Of a stretch of 64,000 bases of DNA, positions 35,897 to 49,184 are shown piece after piece. Each line of letters starts with the position of its first letter. Within the stretch, counting starts at the first letter, position 1. A program made the position numbers and the translations under genes. Under the pieces are notes generated by a model, which did not search any database, was not told the origin of the DNA, and saw only the letters and a list, made by a program, of their open reading frames with translations. This DNA comes from Vicugna vicugna (Eukaryota), in NCBI GenBank assembly GCA_013265495.1, contig MU061168.1, forward strand, positions 372,001 through 436,000. Reading direction: 5' to 3'.

Positions 35897-37480
35897 TACT
35901 CCCTTCTGTTTGCTTTGAATTTAGTTACTCTACTTTTCTCATTTCTTAATGGGGAAGCTTAGGTTATTGATTGCAGACCTTTCCTCTTTTCCAATATGCA
36001 CTTTAAAAGCTATAAATTTCTCAGTAAATGCTGCTTTATTTTCATCCCATAAACCTTGTTAAATTGTGTCTCTATTTTCATTTGTATAAAAATATTTTCT
36101 AATTTCCTCTTCTGTCACTAATTTGACCCCTAGGTTATATAGAAGGTTGTTTAATTTTCAAAAATGTACTATTTCAGAGCACTTCATTTCTTTCTGTGAA
36201 TTCAAGTTCCTGTCTGCTGCCACTTCTTTTCAGCTTTTAGTATTTCTTGTAAGGCAAGTCTGGTAGAAACCAATTCTCTCAATATTTGTTTATCTGAGAA
36301 TGTTTCTATTTCACCTTCATTTTTGAAGAATAGATTTGTTAGATTTAGACATTTTTTCCTTCTTTCAACACTTTGAAAATGTCATTCCATTGCCTTCAGA
36401 CTTTATTGTTCTGATTAAAAAGTCAGCAAACAATCATATGTTTTCTCTGTACGTGTGCTGGTTTTCTCTTTCTGCTTCCAAGAGTTTCTCTTTGTCTTTG
36501 ACTTTCAATAGTATCACAATGACATGCATTGTTTTTAATTTCTTTGAGTTTATTCTTCTTAAGATTTGCAAAGTTCCTTGAATCTGTAAATTAAGGTTTA
36601 ATCAAATTTGGGGAATTTTTGACCATTATTTCCTCTTTTTCTGAAACAACCATACATGTATACTGATAGACTCAATAGTGGCCCACAGTTCTCTGAGCCT
36701 TTGTTTGTTTTTTTTTTTCAGACGTCTTTCTCCCTGTTATTCAATGTGGCTAATTTCTACTGATTTATCTTCAAATTCACTACTTCCTTCCCCTGCCATC
36801 TAAAATCTTTTGCTACTTAGCCCTTCTGGTGAGTTTTTGTTTGTTTAAATTATTACAGTTTTCAACTCCAGAATCTCTTTTTTAAAAAAACTGCTGTTTT
36901 TCTTGATATTTGCTATTCACTGAATTGGTGTTATTCAACTTTTATTCAATTATTTGAACTTGATTTATTTTAGTTATTTTAACATATTTATAATAGCTAA
37001 TTTGGAAATATTCATCTGTTAATTCCAACATCTTAGGGAACTGAGGGACTATTTCTATTGACTTCTTTTTTTTTTCCTATTGTAAAAGTCAGATTTTCTT
37101 CTTTTCATGTCTCACAATTTTTGTTGAATCCTGGACATTTTATACCATATATTTTCACAATTCTGGATTCTAATTTCCCCTCCCCCTTGTTGCTACTTTT
37201 TTTGTTTGCTTGTTTGTTGCTTAACTTGCCTGGACCAAATCTGTGAAGTCTGTCTCCTGCATGGTTGCTGCTGTCTCTGCTCAGGTTTATTTTTAAGCCG
37301 AGCTTCCTAGAGTTCATCCTAATATCTATATACCTAACATTCAACCAGAGATTAGCCAGAGGCCATGCTCCAACACCTTGAGCCAGGAGGGATGCTTGCC
37401 CTCTCTGCTGGGGGATCAGTGTGTGAGCTAGCGAGCTCATTCAGAATTCAGGCCATTTTCAACTCTCTCCTGGAGTTTAC
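35897..37480 (-). mobile_element. Old L1 ORF2-5'/ORF1 antisense fragment
   Basis: aaaagctataaatttc; ttctctcaatatttgtttatctgagaatgtttctatttcaccttcatttttgaagaatag; gggaatttttgaccattatttc. Confidence 0.7.
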
Positions 37481-37724
37481 TTTCTGCCAGAGCCCTTTGG
37501 GATGTATCACATAGTCCTCTGTGCATGAGCACAGTCCCTATGGACCAGAGATGTGTGGTATGTTTTTGCTGTTCATATTCACAGCCTTCAGTCAACCTGG
37601 GGTATGTGGGGAACATATCAAACCTCTTATGATTGCCTCACTCCCAGAAAAATTAATGTGTATAGTCTCTCTTTCAGTCTTTCAGTCCATTCATCAATTC
37701 TTACTCCATCCTTCTACAGGTAAT

Positions 37725-37745
37725 TTATTTTATTTATTTACTTAC

Positions 37746-37808
<63 letters not shown>
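37725..37808. repeat. (TTTA)n microsatellite
   Basis: About 20 partly imperfect units. Confidence 0.95.
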
Positions 37809-38701
37809 TTGTATATACTGCCTGAGAGCCTATGTAAGTATAAATGAAAATATGTTCTTGTTTGTCTCCATTTTCCAATAGAAGTCAAAATTAATGTACA
37901 CACTGCTCTGCTCTTGCTTTTTTCACAGAATAATGGATGCTGGAACGCTTTCCATATCATTCGAGAGTTTCCTCATGATCGTATATAGCTGCATTGTATT
38001 TCATTATAGATGTAGCATGATTTATTTAACCAGTCCTTTACTGATGAATCATACACAGGAAATCTCTACCCACAATCTATGTGAAGCTAGGCAAAAGCTC
38101 TTCTGCTTCCAATATTCACCTAAGCCATTGTTCTATTAGCTGGAAAAGGGAGTGTCATTTCCTCCTATCTTTTTTCCAATAAGTTTACCCCAACCCCAAC
38201 TTAGATCACTGTTTATAATGTGATAAGAATGGGTGGATTAAGAGAAACCTGAGAACCCACCTTCTCCAACCACAGAGAGCTTCCTCCTTGGTAGCCTAGC
38301 CAAATTTGAGATTGTCCCGTTCCTGCACACACCTGTTCATATGTTTCCTGATTCCCAATTATAAAAGAATAAGACTCACATTTATTAAAAAAGAAGACAT
38401 GTGAAGATTTTTTACCTTTATAATAATAATTTTTAAATATACATTTTTTTCCCCTGAGGATGTAAGTTGAAGGTTAAGATAGTCTTATAACAAATGTATC
38501 CGGGGTAGCCTGATGCTGTATCTCTTTCTCTAAGAACTTATCCCAGTCCATAATTGTCACTGAGGGAGTGGGTCAGGGGGCTATGTTAGTACCACATATA
38601 CTTGACGACACACCACACTTTTTTGATCCAAGAATGGATAAACAACCCAAAGGAGCACCAAGATTAAACTGGCCAGGGACAAGTAAATTTTTCTCAATCA
38701 C

Positions 38702-38882
38702 NNNNNNNNNNNNNNNNNNNNNNNNNNNNNNNNNNNNNNNNNNNNNNNNNNNNNNNNNNNNNNNNNNNNNNNNNNNNNNNNNNNNNNNNNNNNNNNNNNN
38801 NNNNNNNNNNNNNNNNNNNNNNNNNNNNNNNNNNNNNNNNNNNNNNNNNNNNNNNNNNNNNNNNNNNNNNNNNNNNNNNNNN
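38702..38882. other. N-run (181 nt)
   Basis: At the 5' edge of an L1 ORF2 fragment. Confidence 1.
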
Positions 38883-39646
38883 CTTTCCAGGCCTCAGACT
38901 ATACTACAAAGCTACAGAAATCAAAACAGTATGGTATTAGCACTGAAACAGGCCATAGATCAACAGAACTGAATAGAGAGCCCAGAAATAAACCCATGCA
39001 CCTACAGTTAATTAATCTATGACTAAAGAAGCAAGAATGTACAATAGAGAAAAGACAATACCTTCAACAAATGGTGTTGGGAAAACAGGACAGCTGCATG
39101 TAAAATAATGAAATTAGAACATTCTCTCACACAGTATATGAAACAAATTCAAAATGGTTTAAAGACCTAAATGCAAGACACCATAAAACTCCTAGAAGAG
39201 AACACAGGCAAAATATTCTTTGACATAAATCACAGCAACATTTCCTTAGATCAGTCTCCCAAGGCAAAAGATATGAAAGCAAAAATAAACAAATGAGGAT
39301 TAATCAAACTTTAAAACTTTTGTACATCAAAGGGAACCATCAACAAAATGAAAATATAACTGATGGAGTAGAAGAAAATATTTGCAAACAATGCAAATGA
39401 CAAGAGGTTAATATCCAAAATGCACAAACAGTTCAAACAANNNNNNNNNNNNNNNNNNNNNNNNNNNNNNNNNNNNNNNNNNNNNNNNNNNNNNNNNNNN
39501 NNNNNNNNNNNNNNNNNNNNNNNNNNNNNNNNNNNNNNNNNNNNNNNNNNNNNNNNNNNNNNNNNNNNNNNNNNNNNNNNNNNNNNNNNNNNCAGAATGG
39601 CTATCATCAAAAAAGTCTGCAAATAATAAATGGCAGGGAGGGTGTG
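38883..39646 (+). mobile_element. L1 ORF2 C-terminal fragment with stops, containing N-run 39441-39592
   Basis: ctatactacaaagctacagaaatcaaaacagtatggtat (YYKAT.I.TVW motif); gagcccagaaataaacccatgc; cagaatggctatcatcaaaaaagtc. Confidence 0.9.
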
Positions 39647-39790
39647 NNNNNNNNNNNNNNNNNNNNNNNNNNNNNNNNNNNNNNNNNNNNNNNNNNNNNN
39701 NNNNNNNNNNNNNNNNNNNNNNNNNNNNNNNNNNNNNNNNNNNNNNNNNNNNNNNNNNNNNNNNNNNNNNNNNNNNNNNNNNNNNNNNNN
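39647..39790. other. N-run (144 nt)
   Basis: Between the L1 fragment and an A-rich tract. Confidence 1.
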
Positions 39791-40468
39791 GAAAAAAAAA
39801 AACCGGGGAAAAAAAACCCAAAAACCTATCTAATTTGAATAATTTACCCCAGAAGATACAGAAAACATAAGAGTGCAGTGGGCACTTGAACTGAAAAGGG
39901 ATATACAGCATGGCTGGGGAAGGCATCTGCCTGGGAGCAACATGTCTGAGCCCAGATTGAAAAAAAAAAATCCTTCTCCTCAATAGTAACCCAAAGGCAA
40001 CGCTCCCATCTGGATCAATTTCAAAGCTGTTCTCCATTAGCTGAGGCCACAAATGACCCCACTGCTCAAGGCAAAGGACATTTGTAGGGGCAGTAATATC
40101 ACAAGCTATCATCAAACACAGCATTTGTTCTGTGTATCAAGATCCTAGCACAGTGAGAGCTTCCTAGATGTAGCCTCTATCCCTCACCCCCAACCCCTCA
40201 AGAAAACACCCCTGACCAAACCGGTCCTCCCCTGCCCTTCAGCTGTCTCTTCTTTTTGCGCTCCTTTAATTGCACTTGTTTTTGAAGCCCATAGAATTTA
40301 TTATTCAGAAAACAACCTTCTCTGCAATATCAACCTTAATTAACTGTGTTCTTTTTCTCTCGCCTCCCACCCTCCACTTCATGCATTTGAATTAAGGCAC
40401 TCCAGAGCCCCCGGCCGGCGCCCCTCCCCCATCGCAGACCCATCAGTGTCTACCAGCCAACCATGACC

Positions 40469-40595
40469 AGATAAGGGAAAATGGAATTCCTTATCTCTGG
40501 CTGCCTATGTGAAAGGGTCAAGGTTACCAAGGAGAGACCTTCCAAACTGAAGGAGAGGGAGAAAGAAGCCAAGCCTCTCTGGTTTCCATGGAAAC
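40469..40595. promoter_or_regulatory. Candidate enhancer: inverted GATA pair, DR0-like nuclear-receptor element, two RFX X-box-like sites
   Basis: AGATAAGG/CCTTATCT 40469-40496; GGGTCAAGGTTA 40515-40526; GTTACCAAGG 40523-40532; palindrome GTTTCCATGGAAAC 40582-40595. Confidence 0.45.
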
Positions 40596-41983
40596 GGAGG
40601 GTTGAATCATGGCGCATCCCCGAGAGCCTGGCCCGCTTAGCTCTGCTGACATCTTTCCACTTCATTAGCTTCTTTATCAAGTGACTCTGCATAGGACTAA
40701 GTGTATTTTGGTGTCAGGGTGCACTGGAGATGATTCAAAAACAGTGACCTTTTCCGCAGATCCCCAGTGCCTCCTGGGACCCCAGATGTCTGCAGCCCTC
40801 CCCTCTCGCTCTTCTTTATGGCTCTGCTCAGTCCTCACTCTAATCAACGCTCCGGTACCGCGAGGCCGTGAGGTGCCCCTACTCAGCAGCCCAAGAAGCT
40901 GGGACCCTGGCTGTCAGGGATGCACAGCACCCGAGCCAGGAGGAAGATTAATGACTTTGCCCACAGAAAATGGATAAAACGGGCCCCCAAAAGACAATAA
41001 ACGCTGGGCGGATGGCGAGGAAGCCTCTGACAGTAACAAATACTGACTGACATGGCATTGTGTTCCCTTTCTAGATGACTCTGAACTGCCAGTGGAAACA
41101 CAGATTCATTTAATAAGCGCTTCAGTGAGACAAAGGGGCCTTTGGGGGTTAGAATTGATCTCCCTCGCAGGCGCATGCACGCCAACTTCTGTACGTGTGA
41201 AAAGAAATGTCCGCCTTCAGTATCCGTCCCTTTGGAAATCCAAGAGCGTGCTGTAATTTCCCAATCTTGTCTCCACGCTTCAGCAAATTTGTCACTAGCA
41301 GGGTCTCTCAGCCATGAAAATTCTGCTGCAACCAAGAGCCGGGGGCTGAAAGGAGATCAGTTAGAGGACTTAAAACATCTTTGATAAGGTTGACCTCTCT
41401 TTCAGGAACCCTTACAGGTCCCTGTCCAGGGAGGGGATGCTGGTTCTCTTGTACACAGGCTGCAGTGACCTTTCCAGGAAGCACGCATGGTCAAGAAGTG
41501 GGCAGGGCGGAGCTTGGGAGCTGCAGAAATGAGACTGACCAGGAGTTTCTGGGATGGCTGGAGGCTGCCCTATTTTTATCTTGTTTTGTTCTTTCCAAAT
41601 TCACTTACAAATGTTATGTCCTGGAGACCAGGAAGTCTGAGTCCCATGTCCCAGGGCCAGTACTGAAGTCTGTGTGATTTTGAAGGGATCCTTTTCTCTC
41701 TCAGCCCTCACACTGCCCATCAGAGGAATGAGAGACCTTGAGTGCATAACGGCTAAAATCTCTTGCAGATTTCTCGTGGCAGATCACCCTAATGTTGCCC
41801 TGCCTCGTACACCTGCACCCCAGCACTGCCTCCTAAATCTTTCCCAAATCCCATCCACTCTGCTATTTCCACCCCCAACAACTCTGGCTCTGAGCCTGGC
41901 CAGAGCCTTAGTAACTCCTGTTAGACTGGAACCATGGCCCCCTTCAGGCCCTTAGTCTTGCTCTCCTCCATTCACTCTCCAAG

Positions 41984-42110
41984 CAGCCATTCTCAAAGCT
42001 GGTCCCAGGCCAGCAGTGTCAGCATCACCTGGGAACTTGTTAGAAATACAGACTCTAGGACCCCACCCGAAATCAGAAATTCCAGGCTAAGCCCAAAGAT
42101 CTAATTCCCC
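41984..42110 (+). mobile_element. MER5A hAT-Charlie MITE
   Basis: attctcaaagctggtccc...cagcatcacctgggaacttgttagaaatacaga. Confidence 0.8.
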
Positions 42111-42466
42111 CAGATGAGAATGATAAAGTCCTCTTTGACCTGACCCCTTAGGGCCTTCCCAGGTCCTTGTCTGACCACTTCCTCCCCTGAAATTTACTCT
42201 CTAGCAACCCCAAACTTTCTGTTTCCAATTACACTCTGCTGTGTCATACCCCTGGCCCCACAGAAGTCACTCCTTCTACCTGGAATGGTCCTTATGGTTG
42301 ATCCCCACTTTGCAGGGTTAAGTCCTTCTCAACCTTTAATCCAGATGATACCCCTGCAAAAAGACTTCCCTGACTTCCTCCCCCACCTCCAAAACTAGGA
42401 TCAGTATCCCTCCCTTATCCTTCCGTCATTCCTCGTGTGTACCTCCATACTTTGCACGTCACCTTG

Positions 42467-43071
42467 TGTGGTAGACAGGATTCTAAAATGTTCCCTAAGA
42501 TCTCTCACCCCACCTCAGTCACTAGTGTGCATACCCTGCGTAATCACTGGGACAGTGATTTTACTCCCACAGTGCTATATTATATATGATGTACAGTTGG
42601 CCTTAAAATAGGGAGATTAACCAGGTAGTCCTAATCTAATCACTAGAGCCCTTCAAAAGCAGAGTATTCTTCAGTTAGTCAGACAAGAGGAACTCAGAAA
42701 GAGACTAAAGCATGAGTAGATTCAACCCAAGGAGGTTCTCCCATTGCTGAGATGGAGGGGGCCAGGAGCAAGGACCTAGGAGCAGCTCCAGCTGCCAAGA
42801 GCAGTCTCCAGTTGGCAGCCAACATGGGAATGGGGACTGTAGTCCTAAAACCTCAAGGAACTAAATTCTGCCAACAACACGATGAACTCGGAAGTGGATT
42901 TTTCCACAGAGCCTCCAGACAAGAACACATTCCAGCCAACATCTTGATTCCAGCCTTTTGATACCCTGAGCAGATACCCCATACTGGACTTCTGACCTAT
43001 GAAACTGTGAGCTAAACTTATGTCACTAAATTTGGCATCATCTGTTACACAGCAGCAAAGAAACTAACACA
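42467..43071 (+). mobile_element. Complete MLT1D/E-like solo LTR inserted in L2
   Basis: tgtggtagacagg...tgttacacagcagcaaagaaactaacaca; TSD CCTTG/TCTTG; L2 sequence on both sides. Confidence 0.85.
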
Positions 43072-43215
43072 TCTTGTACTATAATTGTCTGCTTATATAG
43101 CAGCTCCCCCACTGACTGAGCTCCTTAATGTAGAAACTGCCTTATTGGTTCATTTCTGCATCACCAGCACCTGCCTAGGGCATGCCTAGGGGAGGTGCTT
43201 AGTAAATGCTTGCTG

Positions 43216-43255
43216 GAGGATGGATGGATGGATGGATGGATGGATTGATGGATGG
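43216..43255. repeat. (GGAT)n microsatellite at an L2 tail
   Basis: About 9 imperfect units. Confidence 0.9.
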
Positions 43256-43536
43256 AGAGATAGATCTTAAAGCACCTGATCTATTGTCCCAGCAGTTGCT
43301 TTAGAATTAGGAAAAAGAAATGCAAATAAACCATGAAATTGGGATGGAAAAAAATGAATTTTCTTCCTTCATTGATTTTTGCAGCATGGAGACTTCTTCA
43401 TCTGTTAGGAGTCTGTCCCGCATTTATCTTTTGCAGCTCAACACTTCATAGCACCAAGAGCTAAGGATATGTGCCTGGATACAGACATGTATTATTGCTG
43501 CGTCTAATGCCTTTTCTCTTTGAGGTAAGGCTGCTT

Positions 43537-43936
43537 TGTGTGTAATACTGGTGCAGTACAGTGCCCAGCCTCCCATCTCAGAAGCCCAGACGGTGGGGAG
43601 ATTCAGCCTGTCTCTACTCCCTGGAAGTTCAGATAGTTAGACTCTCCCAGCCAGAAGCTTCAGTAAGTGGTGTTATGACCCTGGGACAGTCGAGCTTATT
43701 CCTGGCAGCCACAGGCATGTCTAACTTCCATTGCCTAATGGCAGGTCAGGTGGCATCCTGGGGCAGCAAAGACTGTGATAGCAGAGTTCTTGACTCAAGG
43801 TCTTGATTCTTGCCCATATTTCAAGCTGGTTCTCTAGCCTCCCATTGAATCTCTGAGCCTCCAATAGATTCCTTTTCTGCTTAAAATACCCAGAGTTGGT
43901 TTCTGTTGTTCACAGCCAAGAACCCTGACTGATACA
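43537..43936 (+). mobile_element. ERVL-type LTR (LTR33/MLT1-like)
   Basis: 3' end ttccttttctgcttaaaatacccagagttggtttctgttgttcacagccaagaaccctgactgataca. Confidence 0.65.
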
Positions 43937-44021
43937 AATTCTGATCATGCTGAACTGACAGCTGAGTGCTTTTCCTATTTCTAAAAGTCTTAAAGACTTA
44001 TAAGCTCACTCAGTTACCCGT

Positions 44022-44330
44022 TGTACCAGTCAAGGTTCTTAGTTGTGGACAAAAGAACCCTCCCTAGCTGATTCAAGTGGAAAAGAAATTTATTAAAGGG
44101 TACTTCTCAGCATCTCTAGGGGTCCTAAAGCCAGGAATGATAGTTTAATCGTGCTGCCCTCCAGATTGCTCCCATGGGGTCCCTGCCAACACCCCTACTG
44201 GCACAGAAACCACGCCTCCCAGCAACAACACTGCATACCATGTATTTCCACCAGAAACTCAACCATAGCCACCTCTGGATGCTAAACGGCTCTGCAACCC
44301 TAGACAGAGTGGACTCATCTGGACACCTGT
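44022..44330 (-). mobile_element. MLT1-like LTR fragment
   Basis: tgtaccagtcaaggttcttagttgtggacaaaagaaccctccctagctgattcaagtggaaaagaaatttatt. Confidence 0.55.
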
Positions 44331-45204
44331 TTTCTAGCATCCCTGGCTTCTTAACAGAAGCCTGACACAGGTTCCTCTGGTTGGAAGGACCTGAAGCCTG
44401 TACTCTGTTCAAGGGAAGCTGGGAAAGCTCATTTCTGGCTTCTCTCTTGGGGAGGCACAGACTCAGATGTGAGAAATTCTCCAAATTTAAGAAAGGTGTC
44501 CAAGAGTGTTGGGTGCCCAAGTGGCTTGACAGATATCCTATTGACTACAAGTAGCTGGACTATATCTGTTACAGTGTTAGAAACACCTTGCTTCCAAGAA
44601 ATCCTTTCTAGAGGCTAACCAAACTCCCACTTGCTTCAAAGCCCTAATTTAACCAGAATTCTCTGCACATTGTCTTCAGTGGAATTCTACAGGAGCTTGC
44701 CACTGCCTTCCAAATGTTTGAACACTGACATTAAGTCTCCCTGCAATTTCCTTTTATGCTAGTTGAGAAGCAACAATTATTTTCTTCCTTCCCTCTTCCT
44801 TGTGACTCCTTGGAGCTTTGGTTGCCTCTAAAGCCATCCTTTCAACTATTCAAATTCTTCTCCAATTGCTCTAAAAGTTTCATTCGTTGTATTGTGCTCC
44901 ACCAGATTACATAACTGTTCTCATTTTCTCTCTTCATGCTGTCTCTCCAGTTCAGACCCTTAGCTATCTGCTCTCATGGACAGCATCCCATGTCTCCCAG
45001 GCTCATCCACTTCCGCGAGGTCATGCTGTCCTGTGGCCAGACCACAAAGGAATTTTGCAGTGACCTGGTATTAGGGGGTGTCTAGAACTAAAAGCACAGG
45101 GGCTCCCCCACTGCCTTGTCACCGCATAGCAATAGTTCATGCCCAGCTCAGACATTACTGGAATGACTGGGGCTCAAAGAAGACGCAAGTGGGCACACTT
45201 CTGC

Positions 45205-45395
45205 TATGGAGCTAAATTGTCCCCTAAAAACTTATGCTAGCTGTGTGACCTCAGGCAAGGCACTTTGCCTCTCTGATCTTCAGAGTCCTCTTCTGAAATG
45301 TTTAGACAATACTAGTATTTGCCTCATAAAACTGTTCAGAGGATTAAATAAGGTGAAACATCTGAAGTACATACAGTATGTGTTCAATGTATGCT
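45205..45395 (+). mobile_element. MIR SINE
   Basis: ctagctgtgtgacctcaggcaaggcactttgcctctctgatcttcagagtcctcttctgaaatg. Confidence 0.75.
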
Positions 45396-45576
45396 CATGG
45401 AGATGACCTGGAGACCCAAAGTGACCATGGGTGTCAACTGGGAAAATCCCACACAATTTCAGAGTGCTATTGACATCATGGTCACTAATATTATTTTCAC
45501 AGACTAAGTTAAAGGTGTGGGTGTAGCCTTCATAAAAGGTACTTCCTGGGAGGATGCTAGTGGGTTTCCACTAAAT

Positions 45577-46054
45577 TGNNNNNNNNNNNNNNNNNNNNNN
45601 NNNNNNNNNNNNNNNNNNNNNNNNNNNNNNNNNNNNNNNNNNNNNNNNNNNNNNNNNNNNNNNNNNNNNNNNNNNNNNNNNNNNNNNNNNNNNNNNNNNN
45701 NNNNNNNNNNNNNNNNNNNNNNNNNNNNNNNNNTGGGTTCTCACCAACATGGGTGGGCATCATCCAATCCACTGGGAGCTCAAATGAAAGAAAAAGGCAG
45801 AGGAAGGGTGAATTCTCTCTTCTTGATCTGAGATGTCTTCCTGCTCTCAGACATCAGAGCTCCAGGTTTTTGGTCCTGCAGACTAAAACTGAATTATACC
45901 ATGGGCTCTACTGGTTCTCCAGCTTGTAGACAGCAGACTGTGGGACTTCCCGGCCTCCACACCTGCATGAGACAACTGCTGTAACATATACAAGGCATAT
46001 ATATAATATATTCTCCTATTGGTTCTGTTTCTCCAAGGAACCTTGACTCATACA
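45577..46054 (+). mobile_element. MLT2 LTR; its 5' 155 nt are the N-run 45579-45733
   Basis: tgggtgggcatcatccaatcc...cagcttgtagacagcagactgtgggacttc...ggttctgtttctccaaggaaccttgactcataca. Confidence 0.85.
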
Positions 46055-49000
46055 CTGAGTATACATCCAGGACAGACATTCCCATAATGATTGAGCTGCC
46101 TTTGCAATTTATAGAGGCAGGGGGACAAGACCTTGACCAAAATGGACAGTGGCAGAGACAGACCTTGAATCCAGGACTCGTAGCTCAGTCATCATCACCT
46201 TGGCAGAACAAGGCTTCATACCGACCTTCACGGACCAGACAGTGCTCCCCAGCCCCACCCACGCACCCCAGCCAGGACGCTAAGAGGTGCCTGAAATCCA
46301 AACCACCCAGGAAGTCTCACCTTTTGGTAGCCAGAATTGATGGTTCCCTAACACGTGGATGAAAGAGTCAAGGAAACGTTTGCACCCACAGTGCCTCCCA
46401 CACCCGCTTGCCTCTGGGCCTGAAGTCCCTTGCCCTTTGTGTTCAACTCTTTAGGAAATTTTTAAATGGAAACAGCAATTTGAGAGTGAACTTTGGAACT
46501 GTTATTATCATCAACACCACGCTGAGAACTAGTCCAGCGGATCCTGGGTAGGAGCAGAGATTGGGAGTTGCGATGTGGAGTGGGAACTGAGTACAGTTAA
46601 ATATAGGTTGACAACAAGGGCAGAAAAATCATGCAAAAGATACTTCCATGATAAATAGGATTCTTTCATATCAAAGGCCAGGGCAGTGGCCATTAAGGGA
46701 TGCGTGAGGCTCAGTGAAGGAAAGGGGTAAAGAGAGTTATCCCATAGCAGTCCCTCCTTCCAGGCTCAGCCATAGAGCGCCTCATCAGGAAGTCTCTGTG
46801 AGCCCCGCCACGATTGAATGAGGCACCTGCCTTCGTGGATTTCATAGCGTTCTGAGCCCCTTCATCATGGTACTTCCATCTCACTAGCTGTGAGCTCTTT
46901 GAGGGCAAAATTAGGTCCTGTAGCATCCCCGGCACTCAACAGATGGGCTGGCAAAGTCTACTGACTGCTTTTATGGAGAGCACCTCAAGTCCAACCAACC
47001 TGCCTTAATACATTCTCAAGCCAGACTTGGAGTAAGGACCTTTAAGCCAAGGCTCTCTCTCCTGAGACCTAGGACCCCTCTGGCCCTCATAACTCCTTTC
47101 AACTCAGAGACAGCGCATGGAATCCATTGGCTGGAAGATGAGAAGACCAGCAGCCCTCTCCTCTGGTCAGCCTGGGAGCCTAAAGCTCAGTAGCAGAATT
47201 CTGAAATTCTAAAGAGGATGGATAGGTAAGTGTGAAAACCTATGTGAAGAGGGGCTGGGTCACTTTTCAGGGACCTGGCTTTGCATAGCTGGCATTCAGT
47301 TTTTAATGGAATTACATGTTTCCTGTCAATTTTTGTAAACAAAATCTAATTTTAAAATTGCCTTTGTTTATACTTCATATAAGATCAAGAAAATGTCAGT
47401 GGTTCCTCTCCAAGACTCTATATGTATTTATAAATGATGCCTACTGGGAGAAGGAGGAGGTCTGAGAAGCCCCTGGGGACAAAGAGGGCTCCGTGCCCCA
47501 GTGTCTCTACTAGAGAACTGCCACGTCTGAGGACACCCAACCTGCCCCCAAGTCCTTCTCTCCCGCTCGCTGCCTTTTACTTGAGTCACAGCGAATCTTC
47601 CAGCGCCACCGTGGAAGCCCGTGGCTCTCACCAAGACCTCACAGCAAGGTCCAAACAAAGGAAAGCTGAAGCAGAAAGAAAATACAGCACAGCCGAACGT
47701 GGGCCTTTCCGTGGTGCCCACCGTCTGCAAGGCCGATTCAGGAAGCTGCTGTTGATTTTCCGTGGGGAAAGAGAATTAAAGGGAAGAGAAGGCTTGTGCG
47801 GGAGGCAGGCCAGACGGAGGCTCATAGCTCATCTCTCCGTGTTATCTTTTTTCACAGTTCAAAAATCAATTAGTGATGAATTCCTCTGGAAACTTCTTAA
47901 ACAATGTGATTTCATTAGAGATCTGTGCAAGCGCCATCAGATCTGCTTTCCAGGTGTGAATGAGAAAATTGGCCTCGTCCTTTTAATAATTTCCTCCTTG
48001 GTAACATGACATCAGTCTACACAGCGTCTGGTACCAGCTGGGCCAGAGCCAGTGGGAAGCACATAATTCCTTTTTCCCCTCCAGCAAGAGAAGTAAAAGC
48101 GGGCAGGATGGAAAATGTGGGCACCTCCTAGGACAGGAGCAGGAGATAAAATAGAGGGAAATGCTAGAAAGGGCAGGAGGAAGAGCCTCCGAAGTCAGAT
48201 CTTCATGGCTCCTGGGAATAACCTGCCAGCAAGCAGCAGAGACAAGGAGTTGGGGGGAGATGAGGAAGACGGCAGTACCTACAGGAGCCAAGAGGCAGGC
48301 TCGGGGACAGTCCGTTACCCCAGTGATGTGCTGCCCTGGCGAGGCCAGCTCGGGCGCTTTCTCATGTTGCGTAGCTCCTGTCCCCAGATCCATCCGTCTT
48401 GACGGGCAGCCGGTGCCCCAGGTGATAAGCCGGCCAGGCGTGTGCTGCTCTGCCAGTGAGGAAGGCGGTCACTGAGACTGGAACAATGCCTGGTGTGACC
48501 CCGCAGCGGGTGACTGTCAATGCCCCGCTTCCCTCGACAGAGGGAGAGGAACCCTCATTAATTCAGACACATTTGCCGGAAGGCCAACCTAATAGACAGG
48601 AGTAAGAGGCTCTTAAAGGATTCCATTTTATCACTTTCATTTACACGTAGTAAGAGGCACGAAGTCTGCCTTTGATGAATAGATAAAAATGATTCGTAGT
48701 TAGCTCATTAAGGCACAATTTAAAAATAAATTATCTAACGTTTTCTCAATTGAACAGAATTATATGTTAACACTGTGCCGGGCAGAGAAGACAAGCAAGT
48801 CACCATCCCTGTCCTCAAGGAGCGCGGGGTCTGGGTGCAAGGTCGGGACGCAGGGCAGTGAGTAAATGATGGCCACTGTGCTATTAGAGGTCAGTGATGG
48901 AGCACAGAGAGGGGCACCCTACCCAAAGGGAGCCAGCTGGGCAGTTAGGGGAGGCTTTTTGGAAGTGCTCCTGGAACAAGATCTTGAAGAACAGTTAGAA

Positions 49001-49184
49001 ATCAGCCAGGAAGCAGGGAGGTGAGGGGAGTGGGGTGGAGAAGAGAAAAGGAGGGGTCCCACATAGTCGCCTGTGGTTTGCAAACCTTATCGTTTACCTA
49101 ATTTCTCATTTCAATTTCAGAACAGGCCATTATAAAGACAGAGCCCAAAGGACTCTCCCAACCAGCTGACAGAGGAAACAAGGA

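Noticed and set aside
44570-44900. Possible third CR1/L3 fragment (3' region, minus strand)
   Set aside because: Similarity to the remembered consensus is too weak to call without an HMM search.
47434-48009. 191-aa ORF
   Set aside because: Low-complexity Arg/Ser-rich product in GC-rich sequence with no recognisable homolog. Only the internal 96-nt exon-like part is kept as a finding.
48290-48540. CpG-enriched patch as a CpG-island promoter
   Set aside because: Short, with only moderate CpG density by eye and no core promoter or first-exon signals.
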